64,000 nucleotides of DNA. It comes from Candidatus Poribacteria bacterium. GTDB taxonomy: Bacteria; Poribacteria; WGA-4E; WGA-3G. A model generated the notes under the pieces. That model was given only the letters and a program-made list of their open reading frames with translations, was not told the origin of the DNA and made no database searches. Below, in pieces: positions 39,535 to 51,280 of the stretch. Where the stretch lies: the NCBI GenBank assembly GCA_963665235.2, contig CAXXLX010000002.1, forward strand, positions 32,001-96,000, given 5' to 3'. The first letter of the stretch is position 1. Every line of letters starts with the position of its first letter. Position numbers and translations under genes: made by a program.

Positions 39535-42500
39535 ATGTTAAAACGATTGACAAAAACAAACATATTTCTAATTCCACTCTTGGCAATTTCCGTTTGCATA
39601 TCAGGAATTGCCGAAGCAAATAACGCACCCACTACAGTCGGCACAATTCCGGATCAAACGGTGTACCTTCCCGGGAGCAGTATTACAATTGACGCGGCCC
39701 CGTACTTCAGCGATGCTGATGGCGATACATTAATCTATGCGGTGAGCGATTCTGACCTCGCGAACCAAAGAATCGGCATCAGTTTAACATCGGATGGAAA
39801 GGTAACCATTTGGGCCACGCTCAAAACGGGTACCGTGACGGTAAGAGTGCACGCCTCAGATGCCAGCGCATTTGCGACACAGATCTTCACCGTAACGGTA
39901 GTGGCAAACAACGCACCGACCGGCGTGGGCACGATTCCCGATCAAACCTTGGATGGACCTGCGTTTACCGGTACGGTTGACGTGAGCGGCTACTTCAGTG
40001 ATACCGATGGCGATAGTTTGACTTACACCGCTACTTCAGCTGATACCGCCAAAGTCACAGTGAGTGTGTCAAAGTCCACGGTTACCGTCACGGCGGTAGC
40101 CAAAGGCAGTGGGACGATAACCGTCACAGCGACAGACACCCGCGGGGCGACTGGAACACAGACATTTTCTGTGACTGTGACCAACGATAACAACGCCCCG
40201 GTTGCTGTCGGCACTATTCCTAATTATTTATTAGAATTTGGTGGGAGTAAGGTCACATTTAACGCGGCGCAGTACTTCAGCGATCCCAATGGCGATACGT
40301 TAGCAGCATCAGCAGCGTCAATCCATCGTTCCAATGACGCAATAATAGACGTTACCGGCTATGGTAACTGGGATATCGATCTCGTTCCAAAAGCAGCGGG
40401 GACCATAACCGTATCTATAACGGCACGCGACCCTGGCGGTTTGAGTGCTACGCAGAGCTTCAGCGTTAAGGTGAACAAGGCACCCGAGGCAAAAGGCACG
40501 ATTCCCGACGGTTCAATAACATTCGGAGACAACGGATATAGTGTGGACGCGAGCTCTTACTTTACGGACGCAAATGGCGACACGTTGACCTACACCGTCA
40601 GCTCATCCGATACCAGCAAAGCAAGCGTCAGTGTGTCAGAATCCACGGTCAGCGTCACCGCCGTGGCAGGGGGTAGCGCGACGATTACCGTCACTGCGAC
40701 AGACATCCACAGCACGACCGGGACACAGAGCTTCAACGTCGTAACGATCGACAACGGCCCCGTCACTGTCGGTACGATTTCCGATGCTACCTTCTATGTC
40801 GGTGCCAGCAGCACGGATGTGGACCTGGCAGATTACTTCAATGCTGTTAATAAGAGTGCTTTGACCTACACGGTTGTCTCCTCCGCTACCAACGCGGCTA
40901 CCGTGAGCATATCGGGTAGTACCCTAACCCTCACACCCGTGGCAGCAGGGACAGCAACAATAACCGCACGGGCGTTAGATTCCAACAGTAAGTTTGCGAC
41001 ACAGACCTTCACCGTAACTGTCGTGCAGCCGAATCGGTCACCCGTCACCGTGGGAACGATTTCCGATCGGTCGATAAAAATTGGCGCGGCTGCTATCGTA
41101 ATAGACGTAGCACCCTACTTCAGCGACCCCGATGGCGATGCGTTGTCATATACCTGTTACCAAAGTGGCAACGGGTTCTTGGACTTCAATATACTGGATG
41201 GTGTGCTAACTATGAATACCCACAGTTGGAAGACGGGAACCTCGACGATGCGAGTGGTCGCCAGTGATCCCGACTCTGCATGGACAGAACAGACGTTCAC
41301 CGTAACAGTGTCCCCGGGGAACCGTGCACCCGTAGCAAACGGCACTATTCCCAACGGCACCAAGAAGGCCGGGCACAGTGGTTATGAGGTGGATCTGAGC
41401 GGCTACTTCACGGATGCTGATGGCGACACGTTGACCTACCACGCCGTCTCCTCCGACACCAGCAAAGCCACCGTGAGCCTCTCGTCTGCAACGATCAGCG
41501 TCACGCCTGTGGCACAAGGAACTGCAACAATAACCACAACGGCGACAGACCTCGACGGTGCGTTCGCGACACAAACCTTCACCATGACAGTGAAGCCTGC
41601 GAACCGCGCACCCGTAGTGAGCACGACAATTCCTGACCAAAAAATAGAAAGAAGGTCTGGTACTGGTGTAACTGTCTATTTACCTCTTGGAGATTATTTT
41701 AGTGATGCGGATGGGGATACGTTGACCTACACTGCTAGAGCGACTGCAGGGCAGCAAATCGTCGTGGTGATTTTCCATCCGACAAGGCCGGCGAGCACGT
41801 TATCTCTTGTTTCGCTTCCAACAGAAGATCCGAATGATTCAGGAACAACAACGGTCACCGTAACGGCAACGGATACCGACAACGCAAGTGTAAGCCAGTC
41901 GTTCACCGTTACCACAAGCATACGACCAACCCCGTTAGGCACAATTCCCCTACAAACTGTGCAGCCTAATGGAGGAAGTCGCCTATTGGATGTGCTAGAC
42001 TACTTCTACGACGCTGACGGGGATACGTTAACCTATTCGGCGAGCTCTTCCAATACCGCCAAAGCCACGGTGAGTGTGTCCAGTTCAAATGTTACCATCA
42101 CCGGAAAAGCTGGAGGACCAGCAACGATAACGGTAACCGCAACAGATCCGATCGGTTTCACAGCGACCCAGTCCATAAAGGTAAATGTAGGAAATCCGCC
42201 AACAACAGTGGGAACAATGTCGAATGAATACATTAATACATATAGTTATGTCAGTGTTAATGCCAGCTCCTACTTCAGCGACCCCGATGGGGACACGTTG
42301 TCCTACTCGGCGAGCTCTTCTAATACCTGGGTAGCGACAGTGAGTGTGTCAGGTTCAACTATCACTGTTTCTTCATTGGCATCAGGGAACGCGACGATAA
42401 CCGTCACAGCCTCGGATCCAGGCGGTTTGAGCGCAACCCAAACCTTTAATGTCTCTGTTTCCACCCCCGTCGGCGGTGAAGCAGATGCTATCCCGGGCCT

Positions 42501-43638
42501 GAGCAGCGAAGAGCAACTGCTACTCGGACAGCTGTTAACGTACGACACTATCATTTTCAACGAACTCTACAACGGTTCTGATGATACCAAAGACTGGCTT
42601 GAACTCCGCAATGTCAGTAATATTGACATCCTGCTCGATAGCTGGCAGCTGAGCGTCCAGACGGGGAGTGGCACCGCTGTCATTCCGTTCCCGGCGGGCA
42701 CGGTTATTCCCGCAGGTGAAGTCCTCTTACTCACAAACAGAGAGATGGCAACAGCAGATGCTGCACCTATCGTTATTGACTCTTTAGCATTGCCACAATC
42801 GGAGTTCGCGTTGATTCTGCGCAGCCCGACAGCCTTCGGCGATCTTGCAGGCAATTACTTCCAAGATACAAGTGACCGTCCGGAAACCGCACCCGCATTC
42901 ACTGGAGACACGGTGTGGGAGCGTGTACAGACGACAGTCTCCGGGTATCGCGCGGAGGCGTGGGCACTGAGCACGTACCGAAACGGACTCGGTTCACCGG
43001 GCTATCACCCCTCAGCTCTAGTGGGCGATGTGAATAACGATGGGGTCGTTAACATTTTGGACCTTGTGTTGGTTGCCTCGCAGCTCGGGACGACAAGTAG
43101 CACAGCAGCGGATCTGAATAGTGATGGTATTGTGAACATTCAGGACCTGGTGATAGTTGCAGGTGCGTTAAGTGCTGGCAATGCTGCACCGACTGCGAAA
43201 CAGTCCGCTGCCGCGATCGTCAACGATTGGCTCAAACTTGCGCGTGAAAACGCCGCAAGCGTCGTTGTAACGTCAATCCCGGAGGGATTTTCCTACGAAC
43301 GCGGGATAGCTAGGCTTGAAGAGTTAGTCCGCGCGTTGACACCGGATACAACCGCGCTCTTAGCGAACTATCCGAACCCGTTCAACCCAGAGACGTGGAT
43401 ACCGTATCAGCTGTCCAAAGCCGCAGATGTGACGGTGACTATCTATGCGTCAGATGGTAATGTTGTTCGGACGTTAGCAATAGGGCATCAAAATGCGGGC
43501 ACGTATAAGAACCGCAGCCAAGCGGCATATTGGGATGGTAAAAATGAGATGGGTGAGTCTGTGGCGAGCGGAATCTATTTCTATACGCTCACTGCAGGCG
43601 ATTTCTCCGCTACGCGCAAAATGCTCATCCTCAAGTAA
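39535..43638 (+). CDS. Array gene 4: 10 cadherin-like repeats + cassette
   Basis: Start MLKRLTKTN after AAGGAG; repeats and cassette as in gene 2. Confidence 0.92.
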   Translation: MLKRLTKTNIFLIPLLAISVCISGIAEANNAPTTVGTIPDQTVYLPGSSITIDAAPYFSDADGDTLIYAVSDSDLANQRIGISLTSDGKVTIWATLKTGTVTVRVHASDASAFATQIFTVTVVANNAPTGVGTIPDQTLDGPAFTGTVDVSGYFSDTDGDSLTYTATSADTAKVTVSVSKSTVTVTAVAKGSGTITVTATDTRGATGTQTFSVTVTNDNNAPVAVGTIPNYLLEFGGSKVTFNAAQYFSDPNGDTLAASAASIHRSNDAIIDVTGYGNWDIDLVPKAAGTITVSITARDPGGLSATQSFSVKVNKAPEAKGTIPDGSITFGDNGYSVDASSYFTDANGDTLTYTVSSSDTSKASVSVSESTVSVTAVAGGSATITVTATDIHSTTGTQSFNVVTIDNGPVTVGTISDATFYVGASSTDVDLADYFNAVNKSALTYTVVSSATNAATVSISGSTLTLTPVAAGTATITARALDSNSKFATQTFTVTVVQPNRSPVTVGTISDRSIKIGAAAIVIDVAPYFSDPDGDALSYTCYQSGNGFLDFNILDGVLTMNTHSWKTGTSTMRVVASDPDSAWTEQTFTVTVSPGNRAPVANGTIPNGTKKAGHSGYEVDLSGYFTDADGDTLTYHAVSSDTSKATVSLSSATISVTPVAQGTATITTTATDLDGAFATQTFTMTVKPANRAPVVSTTIPDQKIERRSGTGVTVYLPLGDYFSDADGDTLTYTARATAGQQIVVVIFHPTRPASTLSLVSLPTEDPNDSGTTTVTVTATDTDNASVSQSFTVTTSIRPTPLGTIPLQTVQPNGGSRLLDVLDYFYDADGDTLTYSASSSNTAKATVSVSSSNVTITGKAGGPATITVTATDPIGFTATQSIKVNVGNPPTTVGTMSNEYINTYSYVSVNASSYFSDPDGDTLSYSASSSNTWVATVSVSGSTITVSSLASGNATITVTASDPGGLSATQTFNVSVSTPVGGEADAIPGLSSEEQLLLGQLLTYDTIIFNELYNGSDDTKDWLELRNVSNIDILLDSWQLSVQTGSGTAVIPFPAGTVIPAGEVLLLTNREMATADAAPIVIDSLALPQSEFALILRSPTAFGDLAGNYFQDTSDRPETAPAFTGDTVWERVQTTVSGYRAEAWALSTYRNGLGSPGYHPSALVGDVNNDGVVNILDLVLVASQLGTTSSTAADLNSDGIVNIQDLVIVAGALSAGNAAPTAKQSAAAIVNDWLKLARENAASVVVTSIPEGFSYERGIARLEELVRALTPDTTALLANYPNPFNPETWIPYQLSKAADVTVTIYASDGNVVRTLAIGHQNAGTYKNRSQAAYWDGKNEMGESVASGIYFYTLTAGDFSATRKMLILK

Positions 43639-43780
43639 AGCTGTTCGTAGTAGGGCAATTTATTGCCCGTCCCGAAGGCTCTCCTAATTCCGCGTTTTCT
43701 GCGTTTTCCGTGCATTCCGCGATTTGCGGCGTACTCGCCCAAATGCGACGTGCATTCAGACAAACAAAGGAGAAAATAAA

Positions 43781-46700
43781 ATGTTAAAACGATTGACAAA
43801 AACAAACATATTTCTAATTCCACTCTTGGTGATTTCCGTATGCATATCAGGAATTGCCGAGGCAGACAACCGAGCCCCGACCGCTGTGGCTACAATCCAT
43901 AATCAATCGCTTACTGTGGGTAGCAGTGTCTTCTCACTTAGCGTGACAAATGTCTTCAGTGATCCCGATGGAGATAGCTTGACATACTCGGCTACATCCT
44001 CGAATACAAGTGTTGCAACCACAAGTATGTCGGGGGCAACCCTCACGGTCTCACCGGTCGGCGGAGGCACCGCAACCATAACCATCACGGCAACTGACCC
44101 CGGCGGGTTATCTGCAACCTCGTCATTCTCGGTAACAGTAATCCAACCTAACCGGGCGCCAACTACTGTAGGCACGATACCCGATCAAACCTTGGATGGA
44201 CGCGGGTTTATCGGTAGCGTTGACGTGAGCGGCTACTTCAGTGATGCCGATGGCGATAGCTTGACTTACACCGCCACTTCAGCTGATACCGCCAAAGTCA
44301 CAGTGAGTGTGTCAAAGAGTATATCAAGTGCCACGGTTACCATCACAGCAGTAGCCAAAGGCAGTGCTACGATAACCGTCACAGCAACTGACACCCACGG
44401 GGCGAGTACCACACAGACATTTTCTGTGACTGTGAGCAAAGATAACAACGCCCCAGTTGCTGTCGGCACCATTCCTGATCAACTATTGCAACTTGGCGGG
44501 AGCAACATCACATTTAACGCGGCGCAGTATTTCAGTGATCCCAATGGCGATCCGTTACCAGCATCGGCAGGGCAATTCATTCGTTCCAATGATGCAATCA
44601 TAGACGTTAACGGCGATGGTAATTGGAATATCACCCTTATACCAAAAGCAGTGGGGACCATAACCGTATCTATAGTGGCGAGCGACCCCGGCGGTTTGAG
44701 CGCTACGCAGAGCTTCAGCGTTAAGGTGAACAAAGCCCCCGAGGCAACCGGCACAATTCCCGACGGTTCGACAGTGTTCGGAGGGGACGCATACAGTGTG
44801 GACGTGAGCTCTTATTTCACCGACGCGAATGGGGACACGCTGACCTACACCGCCACCTCCTTGGATACCAGCACAGCAACTGTCAGCGTGTCAACATCCA
44901 CGGTCAGCGTCACCGCTGGGGCGGCAGGTAGCGCGACGATTACCGTCACTGCGACAGACATCCACAGCACGTCTGGGACACAGAGCTTCAACGTCGCAAC
45001 GATCGACAATGGTCCCGTCACTGTCGGCACTATTCCGGACGTTTCCTTATATGTCGGTGGCAGCAGCACGGATGTGGACTTGGCAGATTACTTCGATGCT
45101 GTTAATAAGAGTGCTTTGAGCTACACGGCGGTCTCCTCTGATACCGGCAAAGCAACCGTGAGCGTGTCGGGTGCAACGCTCACCGTCACACCCGTGGCTG
45201 CGGGGACTCCGACCATAAGGGTCAGGGCAGTGGATTCCGCTGGTAAGCATGCCTCACAGATGTTCACCGCAACTGTCGTGAAGCCGAACCAGGCGCCTGT
45301 TACCGTGGGAACAATTCCTGATCAAAAGATATACCTTGGAGGGGTTTCTATCACAATTGACGCGGCCCCGTACTTCAGCGATGCTGATGGCGATACATTA
45401 ACATATGCGGTGAGCGATTCTGACCTCGCGAACCAGAAAATCGGCATCAGTTTAACATCGGACGGAAAAGTAACCATTGGTGCCACGCTTCAAACGGGTA
45501 CCGTGACGGTAAGAGTATACGCCTCAGATTCCAGCGCGTTTGCAACACAGATCTTCACCGTAACAGTAGCACCGGCAAGCCGCCCGCCCGCGGCAAGCGG
45601 TACCATTCCCAACAGCACCAAGAAGGCCGGTCACAGTGCTTACAGTGTGGACCTAAGCGGTTACTTCACCGATGCCGATGGGGATACGTTGACCTACACG
45701 GCGGTCTCCTCCGATACCGCCAAAGCCACCGTAAGTCTATCGGGGGCAACGCTAAGCGTTACGCCCGTGGCAGAAGGGACAGCAACAATAACGGCAACGG
45801 CGACGGACCCGAGTGGCGCGTTTGCGACACAGTCCTTCACCATGACGGTGAGGCCGGCGAACCGCGCGCCCGTAGCGAGTACGACAATTCCCGCCCAAAC
45901 AATAGAAAGAATATATAGCGGTTCTAATCGTGATACAAATGTCCATATAGGGCTTGACGATAAATTCAGCGATGCGGATGGGGATGCATTGACCTACACC
46001 GCTACTGTGCAAATTACGTCGGCTGGATACCTCGTCTTCGTGGACTTCCGTACGGGGGCAAGCACCCTAACCATCACTGCGCCTCAAGCAGACACTGGTG
46101 GCTCAGGAACAACAACGGTAACTGTAACGGCAACAGATACTGATAACGCAAGCGTGAGCCAGACGTTCTCCGTTACCACGAACATACGGCCGGCCACGGT
46201 AGGCACAATTCCCACCCAAACTGTGTCGCTCAATGGCGGAAGTGCCACGGTGAATGTGCAAAGCTACTTCAGCGACCCTGATGGGGATACGTTAACTTAC
46301 TCGGCGAGCTCTTCCAATACCGCCAAAGCAACGGTGAGCGTGTCCGGTTCAAATGTTACCATAACAGGAAAAGCTGGGGGCCCTGCAACGGTAACCGTAA
46401 CCGCAACAGATACGCTCGGTCTAACGGCAAACCAGACCATAAAGGTAAACGTAGGAAATCCGCCCACGGCTGTGGGAACAATGCCGGATGAAACCAGTAG
46501 AGTCGGTTGGGGTAATATCACTACGAATGTTAGCTCCTACTTTAGCGAGCCTGATGGGCAGCCGTTGTCCTACTCGGCGAGCTCTTCCAATACTGGGGTA
46601 GTATGGGTGAACGTGTCGGGTTCAACTGTCACCGCTACTCCGGCCGGTAATACAGGGAATGCGAGGATAACTGTCACAGCCTCGGATCCGAGCGGGTTGA

Positions 46701-47902
46701 CTGCAACCCAAACCTATACGGTCTATATTGAACCCGGTTTCGCAGACGCTATTCCAGGACTGAGCAGTGACGAGCAATTGCTACTCGGACAGTTGCTCAC
46801 TTATGACACTATCATTTTCAATGAACTCCACAACGGTTCCGACGATGCCACCGACTGGCTGGAACTCCGAAACGTCAGTAATATTGACATCCTGCTCGAT
46901 AGCTGGCAGCTGAGCGTTCAGACAAGCAGTGGCACCGCTGTCATTCCGTTCCCAGCGGGCACAGCTATTGCCTCCGGTGAAGTCCTCCTACTCACAAACA
47001 CCTATGTGACTAAAGCGGCCGTGCCCGTTGCCCCTGTGGTGATTGACTCTTTCGCATTGCCGCAAACCGATTTCGCGTTGATCCTGCGCAGCCCGACAGC
47101 GTTCGGTGATCTTGCTGGCAATTATTTCCAAGATGCAAGTGAACGCCCGCAAACTGCACCTGAGTTTACCTTAGACACGGTGTGGGAACGTGTCCAAGGG
47201 ACAGTCTCCGGGTATCGCGCCGAGGCGTGGGCAGCCAGCACGTACCGAAACGGACTCGGTTCACCGGGGTATCAACCGTCAGCTGTGATGGGCGACCTGA
47301 ATAACGATAATGTTGTGAATATCTTAGACCTGGTCATGGTCGCCTCAAAGTTCGGCACGACAAACGCAGCTGCCGATGTGAACGGTGATGGCACAGTAAA
47401 CATTCAAGACCTCGTTTTGGTTGCGAATGCGTTAGATAACGTTAGTGCCGCCCCCACTGCGAATCAGTCTGCTGCAGCAGTCGTTAACAATTGGCTGACG
47501 CTTGCCCGTCAAAACGCCGCAAACGTAGATAAATCCGCTATTCCACAAGGTTTCTCTTACGAACGCGGCATTCAGATGCTTGAAGCGTTAGCACGCGCGT
47601 TGACACCGAGTACAACCGCACTCTTGGCGAACTATCCGAACCCGTTCAACCCGGAGACATGGATACCGTATCAGTTATCCAAAGCCGCTGATGTCACAAT
47701 AACGATATATGCGTCAGATGGCAACGTTGTTCGGACGTTAGCGTTAGGACATCGGGATGCGGGCATGTATAAAACCCGTAGTCAAGCCGCCTATTGGGAT
47801 GGCAGAAACGAGATGGGTGAGTCCGTAGCGAGCGGTGTATATTTCTACACCCTCACCGCCGGCGACTTCGCCGCCACGCGCAAGATGCTCATCCTCAAGT
47901 AG
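43781..47902 (+). CDS. Array gene 5: 10 cadherin-like repeats + cassette
   Basis: Start MLKRLTKTN after AAGGAG; closest to gene 4. Confidence 0.92.
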   Translation: MLKRLTKTNIFLIPLLVISVCISGIAEADNRAPTAVATIHNQSLTVGSSVFSLSVTNVFSDPDGDSLTYSATSSNTSVATTSMSGATLTVSPVGGGTATITITATDPGGLSATSSFSVTVIQPNRAPTTVGTIPDQTLDGRGFIGSVDVSGYFSDADGDSLTYTATSADTAKVTVSVSKSISSATVTITAVAKGSATITVTATDTHGASTTQTFSVTVSKDNNAPVAVGTIPDQLLQLGGSNITFNAAQYFSDPNGDPLPASAGQFIRSNDAIIDVNGDGNWNITLIPKAVGTITVSIVASDPGGLSATQSFSVKVNKAPEATGTIPDGSTVFGGDAYSVDVSSYFTDANGDTLTYTATSLDTSTATVSVSTSTVSVTAGAAGSATITVTATDIHSTSGTQSFNVATIDNGPVTVGTIPDVSLYVGGSSTDVDLADYFDAVNKSALSYTAVSSDTGKATVSVSGATLTVTPVAAGTPTIRVRAVDSAGKHASQMFTATVVKPNQAPVTVGTIPDQKIYLGGVSITIDAAPYFSDADGDTLTYAVSDSDLANQKIGISLTSDGKVTIGATLQTGTVTVRVYASDSSAFATQIFTVTVAPASRPPAASGTIPNSTKKAGHSAYSVDLSGYFTDADGDTLTYTAVSSDTAKATVSLSGATLSVTPVAEGTATITATATDPSGAFATQSFTMTVRPANRAPVASTTIPAQTIERIYSGSNRDTNVHIGLDDKFSDADGDALTYTATVQITSAGYLVFVDFRTGASTLTITAPQADTGGSGTTTVTVTATDTDNASVSQTFSVTTNIRPATVGTIPTQTVSLNGGSATVNVQSYFSDPDGDTLTYSASSSNTAKATVSVSGSNVTITGKAGGPATVTVTATDTLGLTANQTIKVNVGNPPTAVGTMPDETSRVGWGNITTNVSSYFSEPDGQPLSYSASSSNTGVVWVNVSGSTVTATPAGNTGNARITVTASDPSGLTATQTYTVYIEPGFADAIPGLSSDEQLLLGQLLTYDTIIFNELHNGSDDATDWLELRNVSNIDILLDSWQLSVQTSSGTAVIPFPAGTAIASGEVLLLTNTYVTKAAVPVAPVVIDSFALPQTDFALILRSPTAFGDLAGNYFQDASERPQTAPEFTLDTVWERVQGTVSGYRAEAWAASTYRNGLGSPGYQPSAVMGDLNNDNVVNILDLVMVASKFGTTNAAADVNGDGTVNIQDLVLVANALDNVSAAPTANQSAAAVVNNWLTLARQNAANVDKSAIPQGFSYERGIQMLEALARALTPSTTALLANYPNPFNPETWIPYQLSKAADVTITIYASDGNVVRTLALGHRDAGMYKTRSQAAYWDGRNEMGESVASGVYFYTLTAGDFAATRKMLILK

Positions 47903-48004
47903 GATTCCAATTTCAACCCTGGTAGGTGCGGTTTCCTAATCGCACCATAACCCAGGTATTAAATCAAACTTTTTCAATTAATATAATCACAAGGAGACCA
48001 AAAA

Positions 48005-51000
48005 ATGTTAAAACGATTGACAACTATAACCCTTTTTCTTATCTTGACCCTCTTCGTTTCCATGTTAGGCGTTGACGAGGCATTCGCCGCGCCAAATCCG
48101 CCAAGTTCATTCAGCTCATCCAATGTGACCAGCATCAGCTTTACAGTGAGTTGGTCGGGTGGTCCGGGCTTTGGATGGTCTACTATAGGTTATGAGTACC
48201 GATATCGAGAACAGGGTACTACAGATTGGGTGACGATAAGCGGGCCAAGCGGGCCATTTTCCGAGACAAGTATTAGCTTATCATCTTTAAAACCAGCCAC
48301 TACTTATGAATACCAAGTGCGTACTTACGCCGAGAATGTGGCGGCTGCGCTTATTATGTTGACCGTTGAGGAATGGAGCAGCTGGTCGACAGCACAGACA
48401 GTGAAGATGAACAGTCCGCCGACGACGCGATATTCTATGGCCGACCGAACGTTCATAATTGGGGATCCTGCCATTACAGAGGATGTGAGTTATTATTTCA
48501 CCGACCCCGACGGCGATACGTTAACCTACACCGAAAACTCAGACCTTACGAGTCTGGAAGGGGCAGTCCTAACCATTACGCCATCATCGACTCCTACAAC
48601 AGCGACAGTCACGGTGACCGCCAGTGATGCAGACAGCTCCGCCACACAGTCCTTCAAGGTAACGGTGAAGGCAAACCAGGCACCGCAGGCGGTGGGTACA
48701 ATTCCGGACCAAACGGTGACTGCGCATGGTGCTAATGTTTACGTTAGTATGAGTAGTCGCTTCAGCGACCCCGAGGACCAGCTGTTAACCCTTAGCGCAA
48801 CCTCATCCGATACGAGCAAAGCCACAGTCAATGTGTCAGGGGCAGAAGTAGGCATCACGGGATTAGCAGCCGGTTCGGTGACAATTACCGTGACTGCAAC
48901 GGACACCTACAACGCCACCGGCACACAGACCTTTTCGGTAACGGTGGAGCCAAACTCGCCACCGGTGAAGGTGGGCACAATTCCGACCCAAACGGTGTCT
49001 GTGACTGGAGCTGCTGTGACAGTTGATGTGAGTGACTACTTCAGCGACCCCGAATTGAATCCGTTAACCTATAGCGCAACCTCATCTAATACAAGCAAAG
49101 TCACAGTGAGCGTGTCAGGGGCAACGCTAACCATCACGCCGGTAGCTACCGGGTGGGTGACAATCACCGTGAACGCGACAGATATCAGCACCTCAGCTGC
49201 GACGCAGACCTTCACCGCTAGGGTCATTTCAAATCGATCACCGGTGAAGGTGGGTACAATTCCAACCCAAGCGGCGAGAATGGGTAGCACCGCCACGACA
49301 GTTGATGTGAGTAGCTACTTCAGCGACCCTGATGGCAATCCACTAACCTATAGCGCAACCTCATCGAACACGAACAGAGCCACAGTGACCATGTCAGGGG
49401 CAACGCTAGCCATCACTGCAGTGGCTACCGGGTCAGCGACAATAAGAGTGAAAGCGAAAGATACCTACAACGCAAGCAGGACGCAGAGTTTCTCTGTCAA
49501 GGTTGTGGCAAGCGACGCACTGGTCGCTGTGGGTACAATTCCGACCCAAAAAGTGGCTGCGACTAAAGCTACTGGGACAGTTGATGTGAGTAGCTACTTC
49601 AGCGGGCCCTCTGGCGTTACACTAACCTATAGCGCAACCTCATCTAGTCCGAGCAGAGCCACAGTGAGCGTGTCAGAATCAACATTAACCATCGCCGGAT
49701 TGGTTACCGGGTGGTCGACAATAAGAGTGACCGCAACAGGGAACAACGCAACTGCTACGCAGAGTTTCTCCGCCAGGGTCGTTTCAAACCTATCACCGAC
49801 CGCAGTGGGCACAATTCCGACCAAATTTGTCGCTAATAGTGGATATGACCAATTCGGCATTAGCAGCTATTTCAGCGACCCCGATGGCGATACCTTGACC
49901 TACACCGCAAGCATTTCTGATAACACTGTAGCTGAGGCAAACGTGGGCACGGGCACGAATAGTTCGACGTTGTATATCCTCGCAAATGGTTTGGGAACAG
50001 CGACAATTACAGTGACGGCGACAGACTCAAGCAATGCAACCGCTACTCAGACTTTTTCTGTTAAGGTCGTCCAACAAACTGCTGATGCCGTGCCGGGTCT
50101 CAGCAGTGCTGAACTATCACAGCTCGGCGCACTGCTCACATATAGGACAGTTATCTTCAACGAACTGCACAACGGTTCTGTTGATGCAAACGATTGGTTG
50201 GAACTCCGAAACGTCAGTGGTGCAGACCTTCCACTTGATACTTGGCAACTCACTGTTCGGACAGGAAGCGGTGATGTCGTTATTGCGTTCCCCGCAGGCA
50301 CGGTCATCCCCGTAGGTGAAGTCCTTCTACTCACCAACACAGCGGGAGGTCGCGAGCAAAGCTCGCTCCTACAAGAAGATGGTGAGATGGCGACAGCAGA
50401 TGATATGTCCGTGTTGTCTGTGGTTTCTGAAAAGTTTGTGTTGCCACAAGCACCGTTTGCATTGATGCTACGCAACCCAACGGTATTTGGTGATATAGCA
50501 GGGAATTACGTCCAAGGCGAAGCCCTAGCAACGATTCCCAGTCTCACCGTGGATACGGTGTGGGAGCGCACCCAGCCAACTGTCTTCGGGTATCGCGCGG
50601 AGGCGTGGGTGAAGAGCACCTATCAAAATGGACTCGGCTCCCCAGGCTATTATCCTCAAATGCCATCAACAGATCTGAATAGCGATGGTGTTGTAAACAT
50701 TTTTGATTTGGTGTTAGTCGCCTCACAGTTCGGGACAACAAACACAACTGCGGATCTGAATGGTGACGGCACTGTCAACATGATGGATTTGGCTTTAGTT
50801 GCTGGTGCGTTAGGTCCCGCCATCGGTGCACCGACTGCGAATCAGTCCACTGCAGCCATCGTCAACACTTGGCTCAAACTTGCACGTGAAAACGCCGCAA
50901 ACGTCGTTGTAACATCAATCCCAGAAGGATTTTCGTACGAACGCGGCCTTCAGGTGCTTGAAGAGTTAACCCGTGCGTTGACCCCCAATGCAACTGCCCT

Positions 51001-51280
51001 GTTAGCGAACTATCCGAACCCGTTCAATCCAGAGACGTGGATACCGTATCAGTTATCCAAAGCCGCTGATGTCACAATAACGATATATGCGTCAGATGGC
51101 AACGTTGTTCGGACGTTAGCGTTAGGACATCGAGATGTTGGCATGTATAAAACCCGTAGTCAAGCCGCCTATTGGGATGGCAAAAACGAGATAGGCGAGT
51201 CTGTCGCAAGCGGTGTATATTTCTACACCCTCACGGCAGGGAATTTTTCCGCCACGCGCAAGATGCTCATCCTCAAGTAA
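48005..51280 (+). CDS. Array gene 6: FN3 + 6 cadherin-like repeats + cassette
   Basis: N-terminus (APNPPSSF, WSGGPGFGWS) shared with gene 2. Confidence 0.92.
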   Translation: MLKRLTTITLFLILTLFVSMLGVDEAFAAPNPPSSFSSSNVTSISFTVSWSGGPGFGWSTIGYEYRYREQGTTDWVTISGPSGPFSETSISLSSLKPATTYEYQVRTYAENVAAALIMLTVEEWSSWSTAQTVKMNSPPTTRYSMADRTFIIGDPAITEDVSYYFTDPDGDTLTYTENSDLTSLEGAVLTITPSSTPTTATVTVTASDADSSATQSFKVTVKANQAPQAVGTIPDQTVTAHGANVYVSMSSRFSDPEDQLLTLSATSSDTSKATVNVSGAEVGITGLAAGSVTITVTATDTYNATGTQTFSVTVEPNSPPVKVGTIPTQTVSVTGAAVTVDVSDYFSDPELNPLTYSATSSNTSKVTVSVSGATLTITPVATGWVTITVNATDISTSAATQTFTARVISNRSPVKVGTIPTQAARMGSTATTVDVSSYFSDPDGNPLTYSATSSNTNRATVTMSGATLAITAVATGSATIRVKAKDTYNASRTQSFSVKVVASDALVAVGTIPTQKVAATKATGTVDVSSYFSGPSGVTLTYSATSSSPSRATVSVSESTLTIAGLVTGWSTIRVTATGNNATATQSFSARVVSNLSPTAVGTIPTKFVANSGYDQFGISSYFSDPDGDTLTYTASISDNTVAEANVGTGTNSSTLYILANGLGTATITVTATDSSNATATQTFSVKVVQQTADAVPGLSSAELSQLGALLTYRTVIFNELHNGSVDANDWLELRNVSGADLPLDTWQLTVRTGSGDVVIAFPAGTVIPVGEVLLLTNTAGGREQSSLLQEDGEMATADDMSVLSVVSEKFVLPQAPFALMLRNPTVFGDIAGNYVQGEALATIPSLTVDTVWERTQPTVFGYRAEAWVKSTYQNGLGSPGYYPQMPSTDLNSDGVVNIFDLVLVASQFGTTNTTADLNGDGTVNMMDLALVAGALGPAIGAPTANQSTAAIVNTWLKLARENAANVVVTSIPEGFSYERGLQVLEELTRALTPNATALLANYPNPFNPETWIPYQLSKAADVTITIYASDGNVVRTLALGHRDVGMYKTRSQAAYWDGKNEIGESVASGVYFYTLTAGNFSATRKMLILK

